A stretch of DNA of 64,000 nt, from positions 128,001 to 192,000 of the IMG/VR virus record IMGVR_UViG_3300024331_000007. The stretch is one strand, 5' to 3'. The notes under the pieces are model-generated. The model saw only the letters and a program-made list of their open reading frames with translations. It was not told where the DNA came from and ran no database searches. A program made the translations under genes and the position numbers. Every line of letters starts with the position of its first letter. Positions within the stretch are counted from its first letter, which is position 1. This document shows positions 1 through 9,583 of this stretch, one piece after another. This stretch comes from a virus. Lineage: Duplodnaviria > Caudoviricetes.

Positions 1-173
1 TTATCCTCTTCCTCAAGATCAGATTGTCGTTCAAATGCCTGTTCTTCAAGTCTAGTAATTCTATCAATGAGCATGGCAACTCCAATTACTGGAAGTAGCA
101 TGCTGTATTGATTTTTCTCATTCAACTCCATGACTTCCTTAGCCAATCCTTTAAGATCGTCGGGAATGTTCAT
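1..173 (-). CDS. hypothetical protein, runs off window edge
   Basis: Read by hand: MNIPDDLKGLAKEVMEL..., open to position 1; N-terminus resembles ORF 51535-51867 (MNVPEDLQGL). Confidence 0.5.
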   Translation of the reverse strand, partial: MNIPDDLKGLAKEVMELNEKNQYSMLLPVIGVAMLIDRITRLEEQAFERQSDLEEED

Positions 174-214
174 GGTTGCAAAATCAGCAATGTTTAGGTA
201 GCCGTTGTCACCGT

Positions 215-400
215 TCATTTGCAACCTCTGCAAGGTTCTCGCTTAATGTTTACGTGAAGTTTGGCTTGGTTTTCGTCAATATCTGGATGTTGCTTAAAAT
301 AAGCTTTAACTTTTTCGTCCGTTTGGCGCAACTCCTCAATACTACTTGCTTCATACAAATAAGTATTGTTGACAAAGACTTCAAATTTGAGTGCAGACAT
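215..400 (-). CDS. hypothetical protein
   Basis: ORF track; start trimmed to MSALKFEV to avoid overlap. Confidence 0.5.
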   Translation of the reverse strand: MSALKFEVFVNNTYLYEASSIEELRQTDEKVKAYFKQHPDIDENQAKLHVNIKREPCRGCK

Positions 401-407
401 AATTCTC

Positions 408-812
408 CTACTTCCACATATCGGCAAGCGTAGTATGTAAAATTGCCAATGCCTCACGACGAGCTTCGACATACATGAGTCCGCGAGCCACAGCGTCGTT
501 GGGTCCAGTTTTATCAGTTAATCTTTCGTCGGGCAAATTTCCACCCAAACGTGCAATACTACGAAGCGTCCGTTCCAGTTCCTTGATTCTTTCTTCCTTC
601 TTTTCGAGTGACATATTTTCCTTTTTGATATCCTTGTAGGTTTCTGACAACGTTCCGTTTCTTTCAGCCTGACGCATGATTTCTTTTTCTTTATCCGTCA
701 ACTTTCTTAAGAGCAACGAACTAAAAGGCCAGATTGAAAATACTCCAAATTTGGTTGAGAATGCAACTAAATTGTTGCTCACATATTTTCTTGCCATGTA
801 TTCTTCTCTCAT
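408..812 (-). CDS. hypothetical protein
   Basis: ORF in tightly packed, stop/start-overlapping minus-strand run. Confidence 0.6.
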   Translation of the reverse strand: MREEYMARKYVSNNLVAFSTKFGVFSIWPFSSLLLRKLTDKEKEIMRQAERNGTLSETYKDIKKENMSLEKKEERIKELERTLRSIARLGGNLPDERLTDKTGPNDAVARGLMYVEARREALAILHTTLADMWK

Positions 813-1156
813 ATAGTTACTCGGACTCCTGTGTGGCGTCGTATGTATCCGCCATAACCATCATCTGAAGATGACGAAGAATCATCCTCTAACATTTTGA
901 GCATGAGTAATTGATCTTGTTCTTTCTGAGATAATGGTCGCCACGCAAAATGTTTGCCGCGATGGGCCACAATGGTTACGATCAGACCGTTTACACCAGC
1001 AATCAAAGAAGCAAGTATCGTCCAGACCTCACCTTTTTCATGCTCCAACGTAGTTCTGAAATGATGATTGTATTCTCCCATCAGAAAAAACCAATTGATA
1101 AAGGAACACATAAACCATACATATAAAAATTGCTGTTGAGTGATATGAATATGCAT
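809..1156 (-). CDS. small two-TM membrane protein (paralog array member)
   Basis: Two hydrophobic segments, then GKHFAWRP...QLLMLKMLE; similar to the next ORFs. Confidence 0.7.
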   Translation of the reverse strand: MHIHITQQQFLYVWFMCSFINWFFLMGEYNHHFRTTLEHEKGEVWTILASLIAGVNGLIVTIVAHRGKHFAWRPLSQKEQDQLLMLKMLEDDSSSSSDDGYGGYIRRHTGVRVTI

Positions 1157-1434
1157 TATTCTTCCAACTTTCGCAGCATTAATCGCTGCTCAATTTCGCT
1201 GTGTGTTTCTGGTCGCCACGCCCAATGTTTGAAACATCCTGTCAATAGTAAAGGTAGTGTGGCAGCGGGTCCAAAAATAACACATAAGACAACCAAAACT
1301 CTATCTCGAAAAAATGGTTCGTTGTCAGTGGTGTAGCTCCTGAGGAATCCGCTGACCATCCCCCAATTAAGAGTATCACATATTATCCACATAACCAAAA
1401 ATAAAATAACGGAGTGATGCATTGAACCTCTCAA
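1156..1434 (-). CDS. small two-TM membrane protein (paralog array member)
   Basis: Two hydrophobic segments, VIFGP, FKHWAWRP...QRLMLRKLEE. Confidence 0.7.
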   Translation of the reverse strand: MRGSMHHSVILFLVMWIICDTLNWGMVSGFLRSYTTDNEPFFRDRVLVVLCVIFGPAATLPLLLTGCFKHWAWRPETHSEIEQRLMLRKLEE

Positions 1435-1709
1435 TCTGCGTAGTACTCAAGAGTTTCAAGCATATCCCACCCGTCTTTCTTACTTTTGCCCCAGAATCGT
1501 CGGGTCCAATGCTTAAAACCAAACTGTTGAAATGTTGCAATGAATGCCGCAGGGCCAAGAACCAAATCAAACAGGATGAATAAAATATCTGTTTTGAGTT
1601 TTCGTGAACGCGGATGCTTCCATGTCATATAACCATCTTGAAAACCCCATGCGGCAAAACCAAACGCCAACCAACATGATGCCAGTATGTAATAAACAAT
1701 GTGTGTCAT
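1431..1709 (-). CDS. small two-TM membrane protein (paralog array member)
   Basis: Hydrophobic N-terminus, LVLGP, GFKHW. Confidence 0.7.
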   Translation of the reverse strand: MTHIVYYILASCWLAFGFAAWGFQDGYMTWKHPRSRKLKTDILFILFDLVLGPAAFIATFQQFGFKHWTRRFWGKSKKDGWDMLETLEYYAD

Positions 1710-2008
1710 GATTCCAACTTGTCTAAGAACCTACGTCCTTTTGAATTGTATTTCCAAAAACCAAATTTGGATTTTATACCGTGTTTATGATCCTCTATCA
1801 TTATTTCCAAAACAACCCACCATGACAATAGTCCACATATAATCATAAGGCCGAGAGCGTCTTTGTCTGGACCATCCAGAGTCAATAGATTTTTCGGCTC
1901 TCCGTCCCATAATGAAAACCAACAAAATAGCCACGCACTAAAACCAAACATCAGCCAAATTAGCCCAAAGCCAATGAAAAGTGAAATACAATAGAGTACC
2001 TCTCGCAT
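1706..2008 (-). CDS. small two-TM membrane protein (paralog array member)
   Basis: Start trimmed to MREVLY; ends SKGRRFLDKLES. Confidence 0.7.
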   Translation of the reverse strand: MREVLYCISLFIGFGLIWLMFGFSAWLFCWFSLWDGEPKNLLTLDGPDKDALGLMIICGLLSWWVVLEIMIEDHKHGIKSKFGFWKYNSKGRRFLDKLES

Positions 2009-2268
2009 CATGACTCCAGTTTTTCTAGGAATCTTTGCCCTTTTGATTTGTGTTTGTTTTTCCAGTTCGGCAATAACATATTGCCCTCTTTCAGCATCAT
2101 CGATGTTGTTACCAACCCACAAACTATACACGCAAGGGAACAACACCAAAGCTCGCGTTCTATTTTACCATTTTCGAAATAGGAGGTAAACAACAGCAGA
2201 ATATATGTAATAAGACCACACGTAAACCAACATACGAGGAATGCCAAAACAATCTGAGCAAATGTCAT
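2008..2268 (-). CDS. small two-TM membrane protein (paralog array member)
   Basis: Ends SKGQRFLEKLES, nearly identical to the neighbour's tail. Confidence 0.7.
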   Translation of the reverse strand: MTFAQIVLAFLVCWFTCGLITYILLLFTSYFENGKIERELWCCSLACIVCGLVTTSMMLKEGNMLLPNWKNKHKSKGQRFLEKLES

Positions 2269-2519
2269 AATTCAAACTTTCTGAGAACGTGCTCGTTTTT
2301 GCTTTGATACATTGTTCGATCTGCAATAAATCGGAATAGACCAATGATCAATAGCAATGGACCCACTACAAATATTTGAGGAATGAATCGAGAAATGTTC
2401 ACCCAAACAACTTTCATATTCACGCCGGGATTTTTTAATCTCTGCATCAGGACGCCGAGAAGGATCGCTGCAAATCCAGAACCAACCCACCAGAATAAAA
2501 ACCATGCACCTGTTTTCAT
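2265..2519 (-). CDS. small two-TM membrane protein (paralog array member)
   Basis: WWVGSGF...FVVGPLLL; ends HVLRKFEL. Confidence 0.65.
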   Translation of the reverse strand: MKTGAWFLFWWVGSGFAAILLGVLMQRLKNPGVNMKVVWVNISRFIPQIFVVGPLLLIIGLFRFIADRTMYQSKNEHVLRKFEL

Positions 2520-2539
2520 GATTCCAACTTTCTCACAAA

Positions 2540-3928
2540 TTACCCTTTCGCTATAGACCCCAACAATGACTTCAACAAGTCTTTCTTATTCTCTGTCGTT
2601 CCTCCGATTGACACTGTATCTGAGGACGATGCTTCTTTTTTGTTTCGAATCTTTGCCAGCATATTGCTTCCAGTCATTGTTGCCTCATCAACTGGTGCCT
2701 GTGTTGAATTTGTTATTCGAAGAGAATTTACATCGAAGTCCAAATCAACTTTGCTTCCAACCCCGCTACTGTTACGAGTCTTCATAAATTGCAATTGAAT
2801 TGCGCCACGTTCCTTCATACTGCGGCTAGTGAAAATTCCAAACACATTATCAGCAGTGAACAGTTTTGAAATACCACCAGCAATTGATCCTGATGAAAAC
2901 TCCAACTCGTCAAAACCACTGCGATTCAATTGGGATGCTGTAGCCAGTAGTGCTCTTTGTTCGATTGCAAAATTTCTCAACTCTTCACAAACCAGCTTGT
3001 CCTTTGTGAATACGTCAGCAACATCAATTTTTGCCCCACTTGGCATAATCAAATCCAAGTAATCAAGGCAAACAAAGTCTGCTTTGAAATCTTCCTGAAT
3101 CGCCAGTTCTTTAATGTACGCCTTGATCTGATTTACTGTACTCTGTGACGGCAGATACTTAATTTTTAGTCGGCCATACTTCTTTTCAGCCATCTTAATC
3201 CTGAGTTCAACATCGTCAATATTCTTGTAAATATCCTTGCTGCAAACACCTGTTACCATGCTGTCCAATCGCATTGCAACAAGGTCTTGACTCAATTCGA
3301 ATGTGATGTAAATTCCATTGAGTCCTGACTCGATCCAATTCAGAGCCAGATTTTGCAGGAACAAACTCTTTCCAGTTCCAGACGCTCCAACAAAAATATT
3401 CAGTTCGCCGCGATTTGATCCACCGTACAACTTCTCGTCAATGTCTTTCCAACCAGTGCTAATCTGACCATTGCTGTTTTTTAAACGCATCAAACGACCT
3501 CGCGGATCACTGAAATATTCAATACCTAAATCTCGCGTAAGGCTTACTTGAACTGCGTCTTTAATTAGCTTTTCAACTGTGTCAAATTCGCCCTTCACTA
3601 ACAGATCGGCGCTTTCTACAATTGCTCTTTCCAATTCTTCGCGCTTAGTAAATTGCTCAAAGTTATCCAGAAACCATTCTTCATGCCCTTCTCGAATATC
3701 GCTAATCAATTCAAGATTCGTATTCGCAACAGCATTCACTTGTTGAACAGTTGGAATAGTGTTGTGAGTCTGAACATGTTCCTGAATAAATTTTGCTGCT
3801 TTGTATAGGCTTCTATCGAAATTCTGCGGATTGTAGATGTTCTGAATGCGTGTGTATAGATTTCCGCTACTGAGTAAAAAATTAAGAAAGACTTCTTGTA
3901 CTTCTGGTCTTGTTTTTTCTGATGACAT
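2540..3928 (-). CDS. dnaB: replicative DNA helicase, T4 gp41/DnaB-like
   Basis: Walker A GASGTGKS, Walker B LDYLDLI, TASQLNR, MKTRNS; 462 aa; adjacent to primase. Confidence 0.93.
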   Translation of the reverse strand: MSSEKTRPEVQEVFLNFLLSSGNLYTRIQNIYNPQNFDRSLYKAAKFIQEHVQTHNTIPTVQQVNAVANTNLELISDIREGHEEWFLDNFEQFTKREELERAIVESADLLVKGEFDTVEKLIKDAVQVSLTRDLGIEYFSDPRGRLMRLKNSNGQISTGWKDIDEKLYGGSNRGELNIFVGASGTGKSLFLQNLALNWIESGLNGIYITFELSQDLVAMRLDSMVTGVCSKDIYKNIDDVELRIKMAEKKYGRLKIKYLPSQSTVNQIKAYIKELAIQEDFKADFVCLDYLDLIMPSGAKIDVADVFTKDKLVCEELRNFAIEQRALLATASQLNRSGFDELEFSSGSIAGGISKLFTADNVFGIFTSRSMKERGAIQLQFMKTRNSSGVGSKVDLDFDVNSLRITNSTQAPVDEATMTGSNMLAKIRNKKEASSSDTVSIGGTTENKKDLLKSLLGSIAKG

Positions 3929-4256
3929 GTATTACTGCCGCCTTGAGTATAATGTAAAGGTACTCTTTTATATAGTCCTTTCAAGTATACTTCTACGCAG
4001 TGTAAACAGTCAATGATTACTTCGCGGGTTTCTTTCCTAGCTTGTATGATGCAAACAATTTCTTTCTTCGGTTCTCTTGCCAAACACGATAAAAAGATCG
4101 CAGCAACAAGATCAAACTACAAATTCCGACTGCTAGGGAAGTGAATTGAAAAATTTGGTACAAGGTAATATGCATAGTGTTCACCATGATAGCAAAAATT
4201 CAACAGAAGTGCAACCAAAATTTATCTTGATTGCTTTGAAGCCTTTAGTCGCTGCA

Positions 4257-4988
4257 TCAATAATTTCTGTTTGGTCTTAAACAGCACGGTATTGTTTTCA
4301 TTCCTTTATTCCACGGAACCCTTCCACGCATTTTATTTTTAGTTTCTTCGGAATGGCGTTTTCCAAGATGAGAATTGGACATCTTTTTCTTTGATTCTTT
4401 GGATGCTTTGTTACCTAAATTATTTTGACTACCTATCAACGAAGAAGAGATTTTCTTTTTAGTTTCGACGGAAACTAAATGACCAGTTAGAGTGTTTCTA
4501 ATTTTCTGTTTGGTTGTATTTGACGGTGGTGTTCGTAGCAAAGTGGCTGTTCTAATTTTATTTTTAGTCGCTACTGCTTTGTCTTTTCCATATATTTCTT
4601 CATAGGAACGTCCCTTGTTCCTGCCACACTGGACGGCTGACATTTTCTTTTTAGTTTCTTCAGAATGAAACTTATTTTTGAATTTTGCTTTACCAAACCG
4701 ATGACTTTTATTGAGTAGCAAAGGATTGCACCAAGATTCAAAAATTTTGAACTGTTCAAAATTGTATGCATCATCTCCGGTATTAAACTCAGCCAATATT
4801 ATCCAATCATATTCATCAAAGTTGTTGCGAACAATATTACACGATGTTCGATACATTGGAAGATCAATGTCAGACGGCACATTTAGTTTTACATTCTTTT
4901 CTCTATAACCGATGTAAAATTGTTTTGTAATTTTGTGGATACACAGATATACATATGGACGAACTTGCGATGATTTATAAATATTCAT
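4257..4988 (-). CDS. free-standing GIY-YIG homing endonuclease with NUMOD3 repeats
   Basis: YVY...FYIGYR motif; repeated HSEETKKKMS-type NUMOD3 units; RVPWNKG. Confidence 0.85.
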   Translation of the reverse strand: MNIYKSSQVRPYVYLCIHKITKQFYIGYREKNVKLNVPSDIDLPMYRTSCNIVRNNFDEYDWIILAEFNTGDDAYNFEQFKIFESWCNPLLLNKSHRFGKAKFKNKFHSEETKKKMSAVQCGRNKGRSYEEIYGKDKAVATKNKIRTATLLRTPPSNTTKQKIRNTLTGHLVSVETKKKISSSLIGSQNNLGNKASKESKKKMSNSHLGKRHSEETKNKMRGRVPWNKGMKTIPCCLRPNRNY

Positions 4989-5053
4989 GCTGTTGCTCCA
5001 ATAAGCGATAGGGTAGTTGGGGAGGCCAATCCCGCGAACTACATCTATTTATA
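4989..5053 (-). ncRNA. late promoter plus conserved structured leader of GIY-YIG gene (copy 1)
   Basis: TATAAATA-G-AT-GTAGTT-CGC-GGGA/TCCC-C-AACTAC-CCTATCG-(GCT...GGAGC)-AACAGC-ATG; same architecture at 17432, 49882, 53622. Confidence 0.8.
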
Positions 5054-6070
5054 AGGGTTCCTAAATTGTTGCTGTACCCTTATCAGAGCCGCGTTATCGG
5101 TTGCATTTTTTAGCAAATGAGTAACACAAAATAACGAACCATATTTTACATATGCCGCATTTATGTCTTTGACATCCCATTGTGGTATACTCACACTCCA
5201 CCCATTATCAATAGCGGTATCAATTACACTATTATTTCGTATCACTTTTCCATTTTTATCTATTTTGGGTTTATTTAGCCCAGCCTTGTCAAGATCGGGA
5301 ACAACAATGATTTTCTTTTGAAGATCGCAAATCATTTCCGTTTGCTCGTCGCTAATTTCGTTGTGCATGACGGATAAACATTTCACACTTAGCGCATCCA
5401 GTAATCCTTCAGTGACAAATACCCATTCATGCTCTGGTTGAACATATTCCATACCAAACACAAATTCACAGGTCTTTCTCATGATATATCGCATCCTCTC
5501 GGCTGGATTGATCGAGCGAGCAGAATAGCCGATGATTGTATCGTGAAGAATGAATGGCAGAATTACGCGGGAACGATATACAAGATCAGGAGAAACAAGA
5601 AATGGAAAATCGGCGGGTGTAAAACCGCGAGTCTTCAAAAAGTTAACATGTGCTGGATACTTTGAAATATCATTTTCCAACAGCGTGCAATCTTTGGGCA
5701 TTTCAATTGCTTTAATGTCACGGCGTACAATTGCCCTCGGTTCAAACCCAGCTTCTTTTGCTGCGCGTAGACTTTCCAACTTGAGTTGACTAATCGTACT
5801 TTCGTCTACATTTAACCATTTAAGAAGATTGATAAACTTTGGATACAGTGGCTTGCCCGGTGTATATGAAGCTGTAGCGCCACAATTAAAACAATGAAAA
5901 CTACATGATCCTGCTGCGTTATCGAATTTCATTCCGCCACGCCCGCGTTTGTCTGGACTTTGACCGCGATGTTCACAGCACGGAGCATTACGAGACAGCC
6001 AGCCGCTTGGAGAGGTTTTAACTCTGCCGCGATGCCAATAATCGTATGCTGTTTGGGCGATAATGTTCAT
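5045..6070 (-). CDS. dnaG: DNA primase, T4 gp61/DnaG-like
   Basis: N-terminal Zn finger (CCEH...HCFNCG), TOPRIM VTEGLLDALS and PDLDKAG; start trimmed to MNIIAQ. Confidence 0.9.
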   Translation of the reverse strand: MNIIAQTAYDYWHRGRVKTSPSGWLSRNAPCCEHRGQSPDKRGRGGMKFDNAAGSCSFHCFNCGATASYTPGKPLYPKFINLLKWLNVDESTISQLKLESLRAAKEAGFEPRAIVRRDIKAIEMPKDCTLLENDISKYPAHVNFLKTRGFTPADFPFLVSPDLVYRSRVILPFILHDTIIGYSARSINPAERMRYIMRKTCEFVFGMEYVQPEHEWVFVTEGLLDALSVKCLSVMHNEISDEQTEMICDLQKKIIVVPDLDKAGLNKPKIDKNGKVIRNNSVIDTAIDNGWSVSIPQWDVKDINAAYVKYGSLFCVTHLLKNATDNAALIRVQQQFRNPYK

Positions 6071-6145
6071 TCTTGTGAGTATAGCACAAAAAACAGGTCG
6101 CGTCCACAACGAACAGCGACCCACCCAAACTGAAAAAGTCAATTA

Positions 6146-6979
6146 CTAAATACGGATGTTGCCCCCGCTAATGTAAGTCGCGACATTGGATGGGCTTAGG
6201 TTTCCAGAACGAGAAGGATCAATGGAATCCAGAACGAAACGAATTTGGGCAAAGCTGCCCGAAACAGATTGAAACACCAAACCAGCGGCATTTGCATAAA
6301 AAGTTGACGATACATTCGCCCAATCGGTGGGCAATGGAATTGAAACCATTGTTCCCTGAGCGACGATGTTTCCAGTATAGAGAACCAAATTTGCGCAAAG
6401 AGTTGCCAGAGTGCTGTTCATTGGTCTGTTTGTTAGATCGATTGGATTGCTAGTAACGCCCACATCAACAACATCCAAAAATGTTACTGGTGTTGGATCG
6501 GGATATGCAAGAACTGGACCTTTTGCCAGCGTTGTTGTTAAACGAGAACCAAAGTTGTCATTGATGTAAATTGGATAAATGTTAAGATTTGCGTCAGTTC
6601 CAGTCAGCGCAATTTCATACATACCAAAATCCAACGGTGCTAGTTCGCTGGGCGTAAACACGATTTCAACTACTCCATTCGTCGAGTCAATAGATGTGGC
6701 GTTTGCAGTAATCAGTTCATTCTGGGTGTTTGGCTCGAACAAGCCGCACTGAATTGCAACATTACTGTTGGCAAGATTGATGCGCTTCTGGTCTGAATTT
6801 AGACACTGAATCTTGATCGGATTGTTGACACCTGAATAGAGAACTAGCGGAGTACTATACACGGTTCGGACCTCATTATAGCCTACGACTCCAATACCAC
6901 TTGTTGCATCGGAGATGCCGACAATGTAGGCTAATATCTTGGTTTGACGGCCTTCAAAATAGGCTTTTACGGTCTGCAT
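6146..6979 (-). CDS. late, probably virion-associated beta-rich protein
   Basis: 277 aa, beta-strand-like composition, GCTAAATA late-promoter-like site directly upstream. Confidence 0.55.
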   Translation of the reverse strand: MQTVKAYFEGRQTKILAYIVGISDATSGIGVVGYNEVRTVYSTPLVLYSGVNNPIKIQCLNSDQKRINLANSNVAIQCGLFEPNTQNELITANATSIDSTNGVVEIVFTPSELAPLDFGMYEIALTGTDANLNIYPIYINDNFGSRLTTTLAKGPVLAYPDPTPVTFLDVVDVGVTSNPIDLTNRPMNSTLATLCANLVLYTGNIVAQGTMVSIPLPTDWANVSSTFYANAAGLVFQSVSGSFAQIRFVLDSIDPSRSGNLSPSNVATYISGGNIRI

Positions 6980-6984
6980 ACCTA

Positions 6985-7003
6985 TATTTAGCTTTTATAA
7001 ATA
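6985..7003. promoter_or_regulatory. back-to-back T4-type late promoters
   Basis: GCTAAATA on minus (6985-6992) and TATAAATA on plus (6996-7003) between divergent genes. Confidence 0.7.
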
Positions 7004-7036
7004 CTTTCGGCAATCAAAACATTCTAAAGGGAAAAC

Positions 7037-7417
7037 ATGACAAGCAAGCTCTATCAAACACTTTCGGAAAAATTTCCATTCATTTCAGTCATACTTTACG
7101 GGGATTCTCAGGACGAGTATGTTGGTATCATCCAAAACGCGGACAATATCATTACCAGCATCTACGATTTCGGTCTTTTGAAGTCCGACGAAGAAAAACA
7201 CCTGTTCCTCGAATTGGGCGAAAAATGGTACTACGAGTCCAATCGTCAATTGCCCATCAACATCTATTTGAAGGATGAATGGCAGTCTTTTGACAAGGTT
7301 TTCAAGACTTTTATCACAAAGGAACTTCAAGTAATTCACGGACCATCCACAAGCCTATCGGCGCTCTCTCAGAAGAAAAAACGCCGGTCGATTATGGTTG
7401 TGAAGAAGTTGAGCTAA
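7037..7417 (+). CDS. conserved phage hypothetical protein (late)
   Basis: 126 aa plus-strand ORF behind TATAAATA, with GGGAAA RBS-like site. Confidence 0.75.
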   Translation: MTSKLYQTLSEKFPFISVILYGDSQDEYVGIIQNADNIITSIYDFGLLKSDEEKHLFLELGEKWYYESNRQLPINIYLKDEWQSFDKVFKTFITKELQVIHGPSTSLSALSQKKKRRSIMVVKKLS

Positions 7418-8991
7418 TTTTCGTACATTGACGAGCTACGAGTTTCATGTCGAGTTTTTCGGCCTAGATGATTGTTTTTTTGAATGTAAACCAACTTGTT
7501 CAGAAGATCGGGATGCGTTCTCATCAAAATTTTCTTCTGTTTTCGCAATCTGGAATCCATTCTCAGAGGCTTATCATATGCAAACTGCCACGTTGAAAAA
7601 TTCCTGATTGGATAGTAACCATCATCCACAATTGTACCAACGAAGTTCATCTTTTCAGAAAATTTCTTGTTCGGTTGAGAAAGGCGGATAATATTCATTG
7701 TCTCAATCGCCTGATTAAATGCCGGGGCTTCGTTTTGTAAAATGTTTCTTGTGAATCGATGCTTGTCATTATGTGCTGATCCGCTAACCACATTGGTTCG
7801 CTCGGCCATCTTTTCCATTTTGTTTAGATTCGTTTTGTTTGCTGGAAGGATGACAACAGAATACGAATCAACTCGTTCATTATTTTTACCAGTTCTCGCG
7901 CTAAGCTGTCTGTTATACTGTTCGGCTGTTATTCTTCCAGCAGCCAATTCAAATACTTCAGGCAAAGCGTATACTTTTACGAAATGTCCCCTTTTATCAT
8001 AGTGGGCCACGCGCAGAAATGCCTGAGCCATGCTATTGTAGCACGAAGTTTCTGAACGATAATCATGCCAAAAATAAAGCAGGTTGTGAAACCCAACCTC
8101 AGTTGAACGACTACATGTTCTATCAATTACAAGCAACGTCAATACGCCAACCTTTGCATCTGGCGCGTCATCTTCCCACTCGTATGCTGTGGTTTTGTCG
8201 ATAAATTTGCATCGTATTCCAAGATTGTGTAATTCTTGAATCACAGCATGGTTGTTTTTGAGTTTAATACGATCTTGACTTCCGCCAATGTCTCGTAGAA
8301 CTGAAATAATTTTTCCAGTTTTCTTTCCGTTTCGAACCCAATCTTTGCAAATGTCAAGACCATGCGGAGTTAATCCATCATTGTCATAAAACTGTTCAGG
8401 CGCAGTTACAAGTTTTTTGTCTAGGAACCATTCTGCTCCGCGATATGATGATGGCGGTAAGAATGGTCGAGGAGCGGGGAAATTTTTGGAGAACTCTCTA
8501 CAATAAATTAGTTCTTCATTTGTGGCTGAATAATATCTGAATCGAACCAATTCGCCTAGTTTTTCTGTCTTCCGATAAAATGTTCCCAGACATTGTTTCT
8601 TGGCAGTTCCGTAATCGCTTTCGTCAATATGCACGTAGCAAAGAATGCCAGATGAAACTTTAGCCTTAATTTTTGCAACCTGAATCGAAATTTTGTCCAT
8701 CGAAGACACGATCAATGGTGTGATTCCATAGCTTTCCATTTCTTCAATTTGCTTCTTAGTATCTTTGCGCTGGAGAGCAGTTACATAAAAATGATGACAT
8801 TTGGCAAAATTTCTAGGTCTTGCCTTCGTAAACAACGATGCAATTTCAACCATGATTCTTTTGCCCGATTTGACTGGAGCTAGGATAGCCTCGTGTCTAT
8901 TGGCCGTCGCTATATATTTTGTCGTGTGGTCGTACAATTCAAAACGATTTGTTTTAAAATACAAAAGATCATGAAGATTTTGAGAACTCAT
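7414..8991 (-). CDS. divergent SF2 helicase-like ATPase
   Basis: APVKSGK (Walker A-like), HIDESD (DExD-like), YSAT (motif III), QAFLRVAHYD (motif VI-like). Confidence 0.55.
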   Translation of the reverse strand: MSSQNLHDLLYFKTNRFELYDHTTKYIATANRHEAILAPVKSGKRIMVEIASLFTKARPRNFAKCHHFYVTALQRKDTKKQIEEMESYGITPLIVSSMDKISIQVAKIKAKVSSGILCYVHIDESDYGTAKKQCLGTFYRKTEKLGELVRFRYYSATNEELIYCREFSKNFPAPRPFLPPSSYRGAEWFLDKKLVTAPEQFYDNDGLTPHGLDICKDWVRNGKKTGKIISVLRDIGGSQDRIKLKNNHAVIQELHNLGIRCKFIDKTTAYEWEDDAPDAKVGVLTLLVIDRTCSRSTEVGFHNLLYFWHDYRSETSCYNSMAQAFLRVAHYDKRGHFVKVYALPEVFELAAGRITAEQYNRQLSARTGKNNERVDSYSVVILPANKTNLNKMEKMAERTNVVSGSAHNDKHRFTRNILQNEAPAFNQAIETMNIIRLSQPNKKFSEKMNFVGTIVDDGYYPIRNFSTWQFAYDKPLRMDSRLRKQKKILMRTHPDLLNKLVYIQKNNHLGRKTRHETRSSSMYEN

Positions 8992-9043
8992 CGAATATCT
9001 TTCCTTTCATGTATGGCAATTTTAAGTATACACCCAATCACAA

Positions 9044-9583
9044 CTATTGTATATCAAAATTTTGGTTTAGGCCATCAATCTCTTGATCAATTTGATTTAT
9101 CTCTTCAATGGCCTTTTTCACGGCTCCGCTTAAATCTGTATCCACAAAGTCACGAATGATCGTCATGATTTCATCTACGGCATCGGGAGGATTCCAAACT
9201 TTCAAAACAACATTGTCATCTTCGCCATTACCATCTGGAACATCCAAACGCGGAAGGTTCGGCAACACCGCTAGAATTTGCCAAATCTTGTCTTCCACTT
9301 CTTTGAGAGCCTGTTTTTGAATTGGAACCTCGACCTTAATTATAGCCGCCTCATTCAAAAATGGTTCAATTGGTTGCTTGGCTCTCTTTGCCATCGCAAT
9401 GTCTTCGCTGATGACATTCAGGCGAGCAAGATTGATTTCCAGAGCAGCAATCAAAATCTTTCGATGCGCATTCAAATCCAACACTTCGTCAATCTTGTCT
9501 TCAGGCTTCGTTTTGTCATGGCGCAATGCAAGTCTGCGCTTGTACTCTTCGGGATTCGCTTCGATTTCTTTTATATCATGCAT
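9044..9583 (-). CDS. stand-alone seryl-tRNA synthetase N-terminal (tRNA-binding coiled-coil) domain protein
   Basis: MHDIKEIEANPEEYKRRLALR...LAVLPNLPRLDVPDGNGEDDNVVLKVW follows the SerRS N-terminal pattern; no class II catalytic domain follows. Confidence 0.8.
   Translation of the reverse strand: MHDIKEIEANPEEYKRRLALRHDKTKPEDKIDEVLDLNAHRKILIAALEINLARLNVISEDIAMAKRAKQPIEPFLNEAAIIKVEVPIQKQALKEVEDKIWQILAVLPNLPRLDVPDGNGEDDNVVLKVWNPPDAVDEIMTIIRDFVDTDLSGAVKKAIEEINQIDQEIDGLNQNFDIQ

Noticed and set aside
4257-4988. Group I intron-encoded endonuclease interrupting primase/helicase
   Set aside because: Primase and helicase both appear complete and no group I core elements were recognisable; treated as free-standing
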